DNA of 64,000 nucleotides, taken from positions 63,150 to 127,149 of IMG/VR virus record IMGVR_UViG_3300021963_000041; one strand, 5' to 3'. Shown here in pieces: positions 1-10,026 of this stretch. The notes below the pieces were generated by a model. It was given only the letters and a program-made list of their open reading frames with translations. It ran no database searches and was not told where the DNA came from. Source of the stretch: a virus. Position 1 is the first letter of the stretch. Every line of letters begins with the position of its first letter. The position numbers were made by a program, and so were the translations under genes.

Positions 1-650
1 TCTCCGTTTTCTTCGTTTTTATATTCTCGAGCACAATCTGGGCAATTATATGTTGCTACCTTACTTCCACCAACAGCCTCTGATGCAGCTATCACCTCAA
101 TACTACAATCCCAAGTATTATCCCTAGTTAAGCTATATGAGAAGTTTGCTACAATTCCTTGAATACCTGCGTAGTGTGTTTGTGATTCTGCTCGCTTATT
201 CATTGCGCAAATTGCAATTGGATCGGCTGTATCCCTTCCTAGACCAATTGGACCTAAACTCTTTGTTCCAGCTGCATCCACATTCCATCCCCATTCAACT
301 CTACAACCCATTCCAGGAATAAAGTAGCATTTTTGCAACTCCCTAAGCTGATCGTCTGAGAATGCTGTTAGCTTAATTGTAGCTTTTCGTGTTGTACCCA
401 ACTCACCTTGCTTTTTAACATCAACACCAGTTACTACTGGAAGTGGTCGAACATAATTTGTTTCATAAAGAGGTCCGTTAGCTTTACTCGATAGTGTTAC
501 AAATTTACCGCCACAACCACCCGACAAGCTAGTGACATGAATCCATGGCATGCGTTTTGCAGCCCAGGTAACACCCAACTGTGTACCACGACGATCAAGC
601 TCAGCCTGCGTTGATCCAGGCACTGATTTTTTTCCAAAGGGACTACCCAT
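1..650 (-). CDS. Baseplate hub-like protein (partial, runs off left edge)
   Basis: Not in ORF track. Manual translation from ATG at 650 is open to the window edge: MGSPFGKKSVPG...RPLPVVTGVDVKKQGELGTTRKATIKLTAF...YFIPGMGCRVEWGWN. Follows the LysM/wedge gene, the usual hub position. Confidence 0.6.
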   Translation of the reverse strand, partial: MGSPFGKKSVPGSTQAELDRRGTQLGVTWAAKRMPWIHVTSLSGGCGGKFVTLSSKANGPLYETNYVRPLPVVTGVDVKKQGELGTTRKATIKLTAFSDDQLRELQKCYFIPGMGCRVEWGWNVDAAGTKSLGPIGLGRDTADPIAICAMNKRAESQTHYAGIQGIVANFSYSLTRDNTWDCSIEVIAASEAVGGSKVATYNCPDCAREYKNEENG

Positions 651-654
651 AACC

Positions 655-954
655 TTAACTATTTAATGTTTCGTATTCTTGAATGATTGTCGCTATGTTT
701 CTTGGTATTCTTAATTGTATGCCTATTGGTAAATTTAGATCACCCTTTCCAACTTCGTTAGCTTGTGCAATAATCCACCAGTAGCCTACATTGCCATAGT
801 ACTTGTTAGATAATAAATCCAACCTATCACCAATAGTGGTGATTATATACGTGTCGTCTAAACTACGTGGAATGGGTGGATAGATGATGGAACGGACTAC
901 ACGCTTTCCATTGTCTCCAGTTTTTTGTGGTATGGTTTCGTATCTGTTTATCAT
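655..954 (-). CDS. LysM-like baseplate wedge/tail X protein (gp53-like)
   Basis: TTIGDRLDLLSNKYYGNVGYWWIIAQAN...GIQLRIP motif; position downstream of tape measure. Confidence 0.75.
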   Translation of the reverse strand: MINRYETIPQKTGDNGKRVVRSIIYPPIPRSLDDTYIITTIGDRLDLLSNKYYGNVGYWWIIAQANEVGKGDLNLPIGIQLRIPRNIATIIQEYETLNS

Positions 955-2939
955 CTGTAATTAAAATAATCGTTTGAAGATGCGTTTAATGGCTTACCAC
1001 TAATATCTCCCAGAACAGCAAAGTCTAAAGATACATCCACCAATTGTGGCACCTCTTTATCAATATCCCAAGAATAATCAGCCATCTGTACATCAAACTT
1101 AACCGAGTTAAATACAACCGGAGTATTTGTAAACCAATTACCTACAGTCAATTTACACAACGGTCCTGCAATATACAAACCACCATCCAGTGGAGCACCA
1201 ACTGCAGCAATCTTTGTTAATTTGTTTAGTTTAGCGTATTGCGCATTTAGGTCTGCAAGATTGAATGCTGCTACTTTAAAAGCTACACTTCCAGCTCTTG
1301 TTGCACCTTTGAAAGTCTTTAGCGTATCTTGACGACCAACATAATTTAAGTCGTTCCAAGAAACACTCCAGCCATCACTAAATGAAGTAATGAACGATCT
1401 AAATTTTACAGAACCTTGACCAGTCATTGAATCAATCTGCAATGTTACGAAGTCGTTAGATGCACCAGAATCAATACCTCTACGATTAACACTCGTACTA
1501 GTTTTTACATTGATACCTAAATCTTTACGGAAGTCTGGTCTTTGTTCTGATGGATCGTTAGCTCTCTTTACGATTTGATCATACGTCAGTGTTTTGTATG
1601 ATGCTAAACTTCCCTCATTACCAGTCGACTTTGGAAACTGTACCGTTTGTTTTATTAATGATGCTAGATTTTCAGTAGATGTACTAGCTCCTAAAGCTCT
1701 TGCTAAAGTGGTGTTTGGATTACGAACTAGTTGTCCACCAATCTTAACATACTCAACACTCAGATAATTTTGAGCTTTATTATTGTTATCGTAATAAGCT
1801 GGTTTCGCAAATGCGTATTGCCAATCAATCCACACCATTAACACATCCTCAACCTTTGCGGCATCCAGAGCGTTTGATAGTACTGGTGATACTTGACTAC
1901 TTTTGTAATCGAAGTACTTACCATCTATTGGTGGTAGTTTTGTTGGTGCAGTTCCTTGGTTTGGTTTTACTGCTGTTTGAAAGTCTGTTCCTCTCAATAT
2001 TGCACTACCATGCTTTATAGTAGGTGTGAAGAATGCCAAAGCTCTATCAGCTGCGTACTTCAGTACATTCAATATTGGTGACGTTCTTTCTGGTTGGAAA
2101 GTTATTTGTACCGGATCCTCACCACCTTGATTTGGTGTTGCTATTGGATTAGCAATCACAATGTTTGGAAACTCCAAAAGGTTTGTTGGTGGTGCTGGCG
2201 GTACTATTAAACTCGTTAGGTTATTAGCTTGGTCTGCCACTAACCCTTGTAGCAATGCTATGCTAGCTTGTCCTACTGAGTTTGTTGGATTAATGCCACC
2301 TTGCACCAAACTCTGAGAGCTGATGCTTATTGTTGGTACTACTAGTGATGAGTATGCACCATTGCTAAAATAAGTTCCTTGTAAAATTAAACTATCGTAA
2401 TCTGGTACCTGCACATTAATAAATGAATAGTAGGTACCATTACTAAGAACCATCCCTTGTGCTAATTCGCTTACAAAGGTTGGTATAGTTGGATTGACAC
2501 CTCCCTGCGCTAAAGAAGCTGGTGGTGTTGATAATACTGTATTACTTGTATGTGTAAATATTCCAAACGGAGTTATCTTAATGTAATCCGTATATAAGTC
2601 TGCTAAGAAGAATTGTGATAAGTGTGTTGTAGATCCTAACTTTGGTTGCTTTAATCTATCAGCCAAGTTAATTGAGGATCTAAATTTTACATTAACAAAC
2701 GGTCTTGCTAGTTTGGAGATAGGCTCCGTATTAAAATTTCCAATTGTTGGAAAGCTAAACTTCTGTTGCTTTGATGCTGATGCTTTTAGAATCTGGCTAT
2801 TAACCTTTACAGCTTCTGGTGTTAATTTTAAACTAGCACCTTCCACTTCCTTAGTTGGTTTTGGTAAACTAGGAGCCGTGTTGTAAGGACTTGCCTTCAA
2901 CCTCTCTTCAAGACTTATTGTTTTAAATAGTTGAGCCAT
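951..2939 (-). CDS. Baseplate/tail-tube initiator-like protein with long N-terminal extension
   Basis: C-terminal FRSFITSFSDGWSVSWNDLNYVGR...LCKLTVGNWF resembles tube-initiator folds; sits between tape measure and LysM gene. Confidence 0.55.
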   Translation of the reverse strand: MAQLFKTISLEERLKASPYNTAPSLPKPTKEVEGASLKLTPEAVKVNSQILKASASKQQKFSFPTIGNFNTEPISKLARPFVNVKFRSSINLADRLKQPKLGSTTHLSQFFLADLYTDYIKITPFGIFTHTSNTVLSTPPASLAQGGVNPTIPTFVSELAQGMVLSNGTYYSFINVQVPDYDSLILQGTYFSNGAYSSLVVPTISISSQSLVQGGINPTNSVGQASIALLQGLVADQANNLTSLIVPPAPPTNLLEFPNIVIANPIATPNQGGEDPVQITFQPERTSPILNVLKYAADRALAFFTPTIKHGSAILRGTDFQTAVKPNQGTAPTKLPPIDGKYFDYKSSQVSPVLSNALDAAKVEDVLMVWIDWQYAFAKPAYYDNNNKAQNYLSVEYVKIGGQLVRNPNTTLARALGASTSTENLASLIKQTVQFPKSTGNEGSLASYKTLTYDQIVKRANDPSEQRPDFRKDLGINVKTSTSVNRRGIDSGASNDFVTLQIDSMTGQGSVKFRSFITSFSDGWSVSWNDLNYVGRQDTLKTFKGATRAGSVAFKVAAFNLADLNAQYAKLNKLTKIAAVGAPLDGGLYIAGPLCKLTVGNWFTNTPVVFNSVKFDVQMADYSWDIDKEVPQLVDVSLDFAVLGDISGKPLNASSNDYFNYR

Positions 2940-5521
2940 TATCTAATTCCTGATGAGTTTAATCCTAAACGTACTACTTCACCAACCTTCTTACCATCCA
3001 TCTTAACTTCACCACCTGATGAAGCTACTGCTATAAGTTGATCCATTTTTGCAATCAACGTATCCATCTTATCTTCGTCTTCACCACCGCCACCAAACAT
3101 TCCACCAATTGCCATTCCCAAACCTGCTAAGGCTGGTGCTACAACTGCTAATCCTGTCAACGCTGCAATTACTGGTAATGCTGCAAGACCTGCTATTGCC
3201 ATTACTCCTAGACCAGCTCCAATAGATACAATAGACATTGCAACCAATCCCAATCCTGCTGACTGTAATGCTAAGTTTGTTAAGCTAGCAAACACATCCA
3301 TACCACCTTGTGCAGCTTGTAGTACAGCTAAACCTCCAGCTACTGCAATCATACCAACACCTAATGCTGCTAATGCTGCTGCTCCTAGAGTTATAGGAAT
3401 TATTAAGAATCCTAATCCTGCTGCTGCTAATGCTAGTAGTGGCAATGCAATACTAAATGCTGCCATTTGTTTAATATCTATACCACCTAACATGCTAAAT
3501 GCAAATGCCGCTGGAATCAATGCTGCTCCCAATATTACCATTGCGACAGCACCTTGTATAATTTGTCCCCCTAATTTACCTAGGATGGCTACCGTTAATC
3601 CTAACATACTCAAAGACCCAGCTACAGCTAACATCTGAACCGGATCTTGATCTCCTAGCATCATCATTGCAACTGCAAATGATCCACCTAGAGCAATACC
3701 CGTAATACCTAAAGCAACGGCACCCTTAACAACATTAGCAAACTGCTTACCGATACTAGCTAAGCCATCTCCTAATCCTTTAAGGAAACCTTTTACACCG
3801 CCTCCTTTTTTTGCATCCGATCCTTTCGTCTTATCTGATAAACTTTTGGTTTGATCTGTAGCTGTTTCAGATAACTTGTCTACGGCACCACCACCCTTAC
3901 CAAAAAGCTTTCCTGCAGTAGCTTTCCATGCCCAATGAGCTTTCTCTTTTACCCAGTGTGCTACATCTGATGCATATCCTTTAACTTTGGTTAGGTTCAT
4001 GTTTTGTAAAAACTGAAGACTGGTGAGCAATAGCAAGCCATTTTCTTTAAAGAAAGAAGCTCCCTTACTACCATACTCTGTCAAATAACCCAAAGCATTC
4101 ATTCCTATACTAGTACCTTCGCCAAAATATTTATTTGACTCTTCTTGAGCATCAATAGACTTTTGCAATTCCTCTACTGTCATTCCAGTAGCTTCTGCTA
4201 AAGCTTTCTTCTGCATTACGTTCATTTTTTCGAACTCAGCAGCTCCACCAATATTTGCAAGTACTTCTTTAGTTGATCCCTCAAGATCACCATTCAAAGC
4301 TAACTCTCGAGCTTTATCCAAATTAATTTCTCTACCCAACAATACAGATGCCTCCATCTGCTTATTGATACTACTCTCAAAATCCAATAAGCCATCCGCC
4401 ATCTTAGCAGCTGTACCTATTTCAACTCCCATCTTATGAAGTTGGATAGCAGATTCACCAAATGCTTTAGCACCACCCTTACCATATAAAGCCATTGCTC
4501 CAGTATTTGCGGCCATGTCTTTCATAATTTTACCTGGTGCAATTCCTTGAAGCTCAGCCATATGACCTACGTGCTCCATTGCGTGTGCTGCAGTTTCAGC
4601 TGTCTCACCTGGCATCTCAGACAAAGATGCGTTTAGTTTAGCTGCCTCAGCTCCAGCAATACCGAAGTGTACAGCCATCTTACCAAGCTCATTCACAGTG
4701 TCACCACTAAGTGCATTGACGTTTCCGTATTGCTCAATGACACCATTCATAACACCTTGGGTATCCGATAAACCTGCTATAGATGCAAACGACATTGTTT
4801 TCATTTGAGCTTCCATAGCTTGGCCGGCAGAGAGTCCTTGTTTCTTAAACTCTTCAAAACCTTCAACACCCTTCTCAATTCCTTTGACAGCTTCATTGAG
4901 TAAGAAAGCTCCCATCACTTTTGGATCACGAGCAATAGCTTTTGCTGTCTCTGAAATCTTAGTAAAACTCTTTTTCCAAGATTCAGCTTCTTCTATAATC
5001 TCAAGCTGCTTTGCTGCTATCTCTTCGTATAACTCAACCTCCTCTTTTACATGCTTAACTCTTTTTTGATCCTCTTGAAGACGCTTAATGTGCATATCAT
5101 ATATGCCTTCTGTAATTGCGCCTTGATCAAGTAGTAGTTGTAAATTTTTAGCTTGTTCTGCGTACTCATCTGTCAAACCATGCTTAACCATCTGCTGCTT
5201 CAAAACCAAATCTGCCATAGACCGGTTTCTTGATGCAGCCATTTCATTAGCTGTTTCTAATACCTGCTTTGTTAAATTTTCTAATTGCAACCTCTCCTTC
5301 GTTCCTTCCTTCATCTTCTCTATCGACTTGTTAAGAGAAGTGACTAAACCGTTCTGCTGACCTAATATAAAGTTAGATCGCTTAGCTTCCTCAGTTGCTC
5401 CAGTTAGAGATTTACTATACAAGGAACCCATAGCGTATAGCTCTTTCATCTCCTTCTTAGCCATACCTAAGGCTTTGCGGAGTTCGTTAACTAAGTCTGG
5501 GTTTATAGATTCATCTTGCAT
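2939..5521 (-). CDS. Tail tape measure protein
   Basis: 860 aa, helical and Ala/Gly-rich, LLDFESSI...EASVLLGREINLDKARELAL core, hydrophobic C-terminal repeats, ends V.MDGKKVG; downstream of tube and chaperone. Confidence 0.85.
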   Translation of the reverse strand: MQDESINPDLVNELRKALGMAKKEMKELYAMGSLYSKSLTGATEEAKRSNFILGQQNGLVTSLNKSIEKMKEGTKERLQLENLTKQVLETANEMAASRNRSMADLVLKQQMVKHGLTDEYAEQAKNLQLLLDQGAITEGIYDMHIKRLQEDQKRVKHVKEEVELYEEIAAKQLEIIEEAESWKKSFTKISETAKAIARDPKVMGAFLLNEAVKGIEKGVEGFEEFKKQGLSAGQAMEAQMKTMSFASIAGLSDTQGVMNGVIEQYGNVNALSGDTVNELGKMAVHFGIAGAEAAKLNASLSEMPGETAETAAHAMEHVGHMAELQGIAPGKIMKDMAANTGAMALYGKGGAKAFGESAIQLHKMGVEIGTAAKMADGLLDFESSINKQMEASVLLGREINLDKARELALNGDLEGSTKEVLANIGGAAEFEKMNVMQKKALAEATGMTVEELQKSIDAQEESNKYFGEGTSIGMNALGYLTEYGSKGASFFKENGLLLLTSLQFLQNMNLTKVKGYASDVAHWVKEKAHWAWKATAGKLFGKGGGAVDKLSETATDQTKSLSDKTKGSDAKKGGGVKGFLKGLGDGLASIGKQFANVVKGAVALGITGIALGGSFAVAMMMLGDQDPVQMLAVAGSLSMLGLTVAILGKLGGQIIQGAVAMVILGAALIPAAFAFSMLGGIDIKQMAAFSIALPLLALAAAGLGFLIIPITLGAAALAALGVGMIAVAGGLAVLQAAQGGMDVFASLTNLALQSAGLGLVAMSIVSIGAGLGVMAIAGLAALPVIAALTGLAVVAPALAGLGMAIGGMFGGGGEDEDKMDTLIAKMDQLIAVASSGGEVKMDGKKVGEVVRLGLNSSGIR

Positions 5522-5524
5522 CTA

Positions 5525-5827
5525 TTAATATCGTTTTGCACGTTGTGTTGCTAGTGCTCTAAGAAATCGTGGGTCTTTATCTAGGAGTGTGTTAATTCTA
5601 CTTTCTAAATCTCTTGATGTGATTTTAAGATCCTTTGCTAATCTTAGCAGTTTTGGATCTGAAGATAATGCTCCGCTTAAACCCTTTGCTCGTCTATCAA
5701 TGATATCGTAAGCAACCTTTCTACCAACACCAGTCATCCAACCAACGATGTCTTCATTGATCTTGTGATTTTGTAATTCCTCACGAATCAACTTCTGAAT
5801 CAGTTCTTGAACTTTGTTGTTTGCCAT
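5525..5827 (-). CDS. Hypothetical protein (N-terminal LIREE/INE head-protein-like leader)
   Basis: 100-aa ORF with its own TATTTATA motif at 5841-5848. Confidence 0.65.
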   Translation of the reverse strand: MANNKVQELIQKLIREELQNHKINEDIVGWMTGVGRKVAYDIIDRRAKGLSGALSSDPKLLRLAKDLKITSRDLESRINTLLDKDPRFLRALATQRAKRY

Positions 5828-5853
5828 GGAGTTATTTTCATATAAATATTGTC

Positions 5854-5884
5854 AAAAAAGGAAAGCCAACCGAAGTTGGCTTTT
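5854..5884 (-). terminator. Rho-independent terminator
   Basis: Minus strand AAGCCAAC-TTCG-GTTGGCTT followed by TCCTTTTTT. Confidence 0.85.
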
Positions 5885-5885
5885 A

Positions 5886-6101
5886 TTATCTCTTTCCAGA
5901 TTTTGCTTTTTCGTATGCTGCTTTTTCTGCCTCATGTTCTTTCTTTTTAACATCTGCCAACTTGAGGTAGAAGTATCTTCTAAGGTGTACTGGTAAAGTG
6001 TATAGGTCGTTGTAAGTCCAACCCATTTTTCCATAGTACATAAGATCAAAAATCTGATCTTGTAGAATGGGCCTGTAATCAGACCCCAGGCCAAAAAAAC
6101 C
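5886..6101 (-). CDS. Frameshift-accessed C-terminal extension of tail assembly chaperone (gp51/gpT-like)
   Basis: Frame opens right after a TAG at the GGGTTTTTTT run: GFFGLGSDYRPILQDQIFDLMYYGKMGWTYNDLYTLPVHLRRYFYLKLADVKKKEHEAEKAAYEKAKSGKR*. Stops immediately before the terminator. Confidence 0.7.
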   Translation of the reverse strand, partial: GFFGLGSDYRPILQDQIFDLMYYGKMGWTYNDLYTLPVHLRRYFYLKLADVKKKEHEAEKAAYEKAKSGKR

Positions 6102-6954
6102 CTACTCCAATGGGCAACGCCATCTTTTCTTGTTCAAAGCCACAACTCGGACACTCAAATGAGAATGTTGTATCGATATCTGGAGTAATCTCTTTTAGGT
6201 ATTTGCGTAGTTCTAAAGAATCTCTAGACAACATACTATCAACAAATTTGTTTACTACAGCTCTATCTGTCTCCCCTTCAACAGCTACGATCATATGTTT
6301 CAATCGTGTTGAAAGCTCAGGATCAACTCCCGTAAGACGACTTAGCTTTTTAGTAGCCTTGATAGCATCTTCAATTTTCTTTTCATCACCGTGAGTTAAA
6401 AACTTCAATGTAATCTCTTTTTTGGAGATTGGTAATGTGAAATTGTGTGTTGTTTGACCTTTTGTAAAGCGATCCCAATCGATCTCCTTATCTTCAAATT
6501 GTTGAAGGTCAATTACATGATTTGACTTTTCACCACAACTTGGACAAGTGATCTCTACCTCATAATCTTTACCATACGCAAGAATACGAGCTGCAATAAA
6601 GATTGCGTTTTTGTCAACAGTTAACAAGTCGTTGAAGTTAATTTTTGTAACAATCAATGATTGCAACAACTTATCTAATACAATACCTTGTTTGATAAGA
6701 CTCTGCGATGTTAGGATATCCTCCTCCTTAGCAGTCATATACTTCATCTCAATAGTACCACCTGATAATGGATGTCCTTCTGGATAGAAGTATCCTTTAC
6801 TTGGAAGTGGAATTATCTCCGTTGGTGTATCTGATTTAGTGAAAGTTTCAACAGCTCCTGTGTTGATTGAGTCTGCCAAGAATTTGGCTTTGATCTCTTC
6901 GTCTGTTAGTTGGCGATTGTTTGTTGGGTAATCGTCGTTTACAACTTTTGTCAT
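6079..6954 (-). CDS. Tail assembly chaperone / baseplate hub assembly protein (T4 gp26-like)
   Basis: LPSKG..Y, MTAKEEDIL, two CPSCG zinc knuckles, C-terminal FFWP; between tube and tape measure. Confidence 0.8.
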   Translation of the reverse strand: MTKVVNDDYPTNNRQLTDEEIKAKFLADSINTGAVETFTKSDTPTEIIPLPSKGYFYPEGHPLSGGTIEMKYMTAKEEDILTSQSLIKQGIVLDKLLQSLIVTKINFNDLLTVDKNAIFIAARILAYGKDYEVEITCPSCGEKSNHVIDLQQFEDKEIDWDRFTKGQTTHNFTLPISKKEITLKFLTHGDEKKIEDAIKATKKLSRLTGVDPELSTRLKHMIVAVEGETDRAVVNKFVDSMLSRDSLELRKYLKEITPDIDTTFSFECPSCGFEQEKMALPIGVGFFWPGV

Positions 6955-7005
6955 ATTGATAAAACTATTTTAGTAACTATGGTTCTCCTATAAATATACG
7001 CAAAT

Positions 7006-7040
7006 AAAAAAAGAAAGCCAACAGTTAAGTCAGCTTTCTT
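7006..7040 (-). terminator. Rho-independent terminator after tail tube gene
   Basis: Minus strand AAGAAAGCTGAC-TTAACT-GTTGGCTTTCTT plus T-tract. Confidence 0.75.
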
Positions 7041-7061
7041 TAAATTAATTTTCAGTCTTAA

Positions 7062-7550
7062 TTAGTATTCAAGTACTGCGTAGTCGATACCAAGTGTTAG
7101 AGAGATTTCAACTGGAGTCTCAGTAGACCAGTCCATATCACCAAACTGTGCAGTTTTGATGTAAGCTCCCCAAATTTTCCAGTTCTCGATTTTATCACCA
7201 ACTGGACCTAGTACGAAGATATCGAAGTTCTTCTTGTAGAAGTCTGCATATCCATCACGACCGGTTACTGATTCGTGAGCTGTACGTACCCACTCCATTA
7301 CTGCTTGCGCACCTGATGGAACGATGGCGTCATACATAGAGATTGTGATATCTCCCCACTTACACTTACCCTTCATCTTGCGGATAATGTTGATGTGATC
7401 TAGAACCACCTCACCACATTCCAATTGTGGACGAGAAACTTTTTTACACAAGAATGATGGAATACCATCTACTTGTAATATAAATCTATTCTGTACCTTT
7501 GGTTCGTAAGGTGTGTAGAAGATTTCGTTGTTTTCTATTAAGTTTGCCAT
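7062..7550 (-). CDS. gp19: Tail tube protein (T4 gp19-like)
   Basis: EPKVQNRF, WGDITISMYD, GPVGD..E.W...GA, DYA motifs; directly downstream of sheath. Confidence 0.9.
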   Translation of the reverse strand: MANLIENNEIFYTPYEPKVQNRFILQVDGIPSFLCKKVSRPQLECGEVVLDHINIIRKMKGKCKWGDITISMYDAIVPSGAQAVMEWVRTAHESVTGRDGYADFYKKNFDIFVLGPVGDKIENWKIWGAYIKTAQFGDMDWSTETPVEISLTLGIDYAVLEY

Positions 7551-7575
7551 GTTGCGTTACTCTTTTGTATAAATA

Positions 7576-9960
7576 TTAAGCGTTGTCAAAAGTTGCTCCA
7601 GTAGGAAGAATGTTAAAGTCAAGAACGATAAATTCTGCTGCTTTAGCTGGTTGTAAGTAAATTTGACCGTACATGATGTTTCTGTCGATTACATCAGGTG
7701 TGTTGTTAGTCTCATCCATTACAACTTTGAAAGCATAAAGACCTTGACGAGCTTTAACTGTTTCTAAGTATGGAGTTACGATGTTCAAGAAACGTTGACG
7801 TGTAGCTGTAGTATTGTTTTCGAATACCAAATAGCGGCTAGCACTTGCAATGTATTTCTTCATTGTGATCATTAAACGTCTTACATTGATACGATCAAGA
7901 GCTGATGGTTTAGCTTGTAGAGTTTTTTGACCCCAGATACAAATTCCTTGGTTAGGGAATGTTGCAATTGCATTGATCTTGTTTTCGTATAAGTCGTTTC
8001 TATCAGCTTGGTTAAGTTTCAATTCAACATCAACTGCTTCAGAGATACCTCCACGGTTTAGACCAGCTGGTGCAAACCATTCGTAAGCTACTGAATCGTT
8101 GTAAGCCATTACACGTGGAACAACAACACTAGGTGGAACCCATACTGGTTTGTTCTTGTTTGTGTCTAGGATTTTAACCCATGGCCAGTAAGTACCTACG
8201 TAGTTAGAATCGATTCCTGAGTCAGTTACTGCTGCGATTGCTGCTGCTGCTGATTGACCTTGGATAACTGGATCTGCGATTACAAATGCATCTCCACGAT
8301 CTTCTGCTACTTCGATAGCTTTATTAACGATAGCTGAGTGATCTTTAATTGTAGCACCTGGAGTAACGATTAAGTTAACATCATATTCATCAGAGTTGCT
8401 GATTACATTGAGTGCTTTTACATATCCTACTGAACCTTTTGCAGTTGCAGTTGAACAATCCATACCAAACAAGTTAGTAGCTGTGATTGCTGAACCTACT
8501 TTCTTAACGATTGCTGGGTCCATACCATCAAATCCACCTTGGAATGGTACTGTAAATTTCAAGAATGTGCTTACGTCTAATCCAGCGAATAATGATGCAG
8601 AGATTGAAGAACCTCCCACAAATGTTGAGCTGTCGTTTAATTTAGAAGCACTTGCGTGAATGAAACAAGCATCAAGGTTGAATGCAGCATTATTCATTGC
8701 TGATGTACCAAGAGCTAATGGTTTCAAGTAGTTTTCGTTATCTGCTGTAGACCAGCTCCATCCGTAGTAAGCTTTCTTATTGTAAGCGCTATTGATCTCG
8801 GTGTTTTGAGTCACCATAGATGCAGTTGGCATTGCGTAGCTAGAAGATACTGGCTGGATTACTGCAGCAAAACCAAAAGGTTTTACGTTTGCTGTAATCG
8901 CTTTAGCTGATACAGCTGAATCAACTTCTACACGAATGTATTTAGAAATGTTGTTGTAATCTCCAGTTACAGATACTACACCTGCTGAACTTACTGAGTA
9001 AGCTTTATCACCAATTCGACGAGCGATGTAATTAGATGAATCTGGATCTAAATTAAGACCAGTGAATGATTCTAAGATAACTGGACGTTGGTCTGTATCA
9101 TTGTAGTCACGAACTACTACTGTGAATGATCCATAATCGCTTCCTGCATCATCTCCAGGTAGAGTTGTGTTGATTACAGCAACTTTAAATGAAGTGTTTG
9201 TGTCAGTGCCATCAGCAAGAGTGTGAATCTTAAATAAGTTTAGTTTCTCGTTACCAATGATTTGTGATTGAATCCATGGAGTCTCAGCGTTTGAGTATGC
9301 ACCTGCTGAACCAGATAGATCAACTTTTGCATTAGCTGATTGAGATACGAAGCTTACAGATCCAGATAAACCTGGAGTAGTTGCTAGGTAACCACCAAAC
9401 CAAGTGTACATATAACCCTTCTTACCACCTTTTACGGATTGGCCAAGTACATTGGCAAAAGAGTTAACATTTGCTGGGTTAGCAGATGCAGTAAGTGCTT
9501 GTGCAGTTACGCTTGAACCAGAAAGCTGGAATCCGAAAGATCCAGTTACGCTACCTGCTTGGAAAGCGGTAAAATCTGATTTAGTGTATCCGTTACCAGT
9601 AGAAGAACCTACAGTGGTAGTTGGCATAATAACACCAACCAATCTAGTGATTGATCCAGTAGTGTGGATGATTTGTACTGCGTCAGCATTGTAGCCTCCC
9701 TCAGACAATACACGAACCACAGTAACAGTTGAAGCGCTATTCAAGTAGCTCTTAACTGCATATGGTACGTATGTTTCTTCGCTTAAGCCACCGAACTTAG
9801 CAATAAAGTCATCAAATGAAGTGACAACTGTCGGTACAAAAGCAGGTCCTTTTACTGTTGGACCAATGATTGCAGCTCCGATTGCTGCAATACCTGCAGG
9901 TAAAAACGAGAGGTCTTTCTCGTTTGTAAATACACCTGGTGATACTATTCTTTCAGCCAT
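7576..9960 (-). CDS. gp18: Tail sheath protein (T4 gp18-like)
   Basis: SPGVF..E.D N-terminus; YWPW, WFAPAGLNRG, WGQKTLQ, DRINVRRL, NNTPDVIDRN, EFIVLDF. Confidence 0.95.
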   Translation of the reverse strand: MAERIVSPGVFTNEKDLSFLPAGIAAIGAAIIGPTVKGPAFVPTVVTSFDDFIAKFGGLSEETYVPYAVKSYLNSASTVTVVRVLSEGGYNADAVQIIHTTGSITRLVGVIMPTTTVGSSTGNGYTKSDFTAFQAGSVTGSFGFQLSGSSVTAQALTASANPANVNSFANVLGQSVKGGKKGYMYTWFGGYLATTPGLSGSVSFVSQSANAKVDLSGSAGAYSNAETPWIQSQIIGNEKLNLFKIHTLADGTDTNTSFKVAVINTTLPGDDAGSDYGSFTVVVRDYNDTDQRPVILESFTGLNLDPDSSNYIARRIGDKAYSVSSAGVVSVTGDYNNISKYIRVEVDSAVSAKAITANVKPFGFAAVIQPVSSSYAMPTASMVTQNTEINSAYNKKAYYGWSWSTADNENYLKPLALGTSAMNNAAFNLDACFIHASASKLNDSSTFVGGSSISASLFAGLDVSTFLKFTVPFQGGFDGMDPAIVKKVGSAITATNLFGMDCSTATAKGSVGYVKALNVISNSDEYDVNLIVTPGATIKDHSAIVNKAIEVAEDRGDAFVIADPVIQGQSAAAAIAAVTDSGIDSNYVGTYWPWVKILDTNKNKPVWVPPSVVVPRVMAYNDSVAYEWFAPAGLNRGGISEAVDVELKLNQADRNDLYENKINAIATFPNQGICIWGQKTLQAKPSALDRINVRRLMITMKKYIASASRYLVFENNTTATRQRFLNIVTPYLETVKARQGLYAFKVVMDETNNTPDVIDRNIMYGQIYLQPAKAAEFIVLDFNILPTGATFDNA

Positions 9961-10026
9961 TGTTGTAATGTAGTTTTATCAGTTTGAATATAAATATCAC
10001 AACATACAGCGAAACCTTAAAATACC

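Noticed and set aside
137-322. 61-aa plus-strand ORF
   Set aside because: Lies opposite the longer minus-strand CDS 1..650.
5852-6094. 80-aa ORF in the -1 frame after the chaperone slippery run
   Set aside because: TTG start, unnatural composition and it runs through the terminator; the +1 frame ends cleanly before it.
951-9960. Bacterial extracellular contractile injection system or tailocin
   Set aside because: Capsid, portal, terminase and protease genes in the same cluster show a complete phage.
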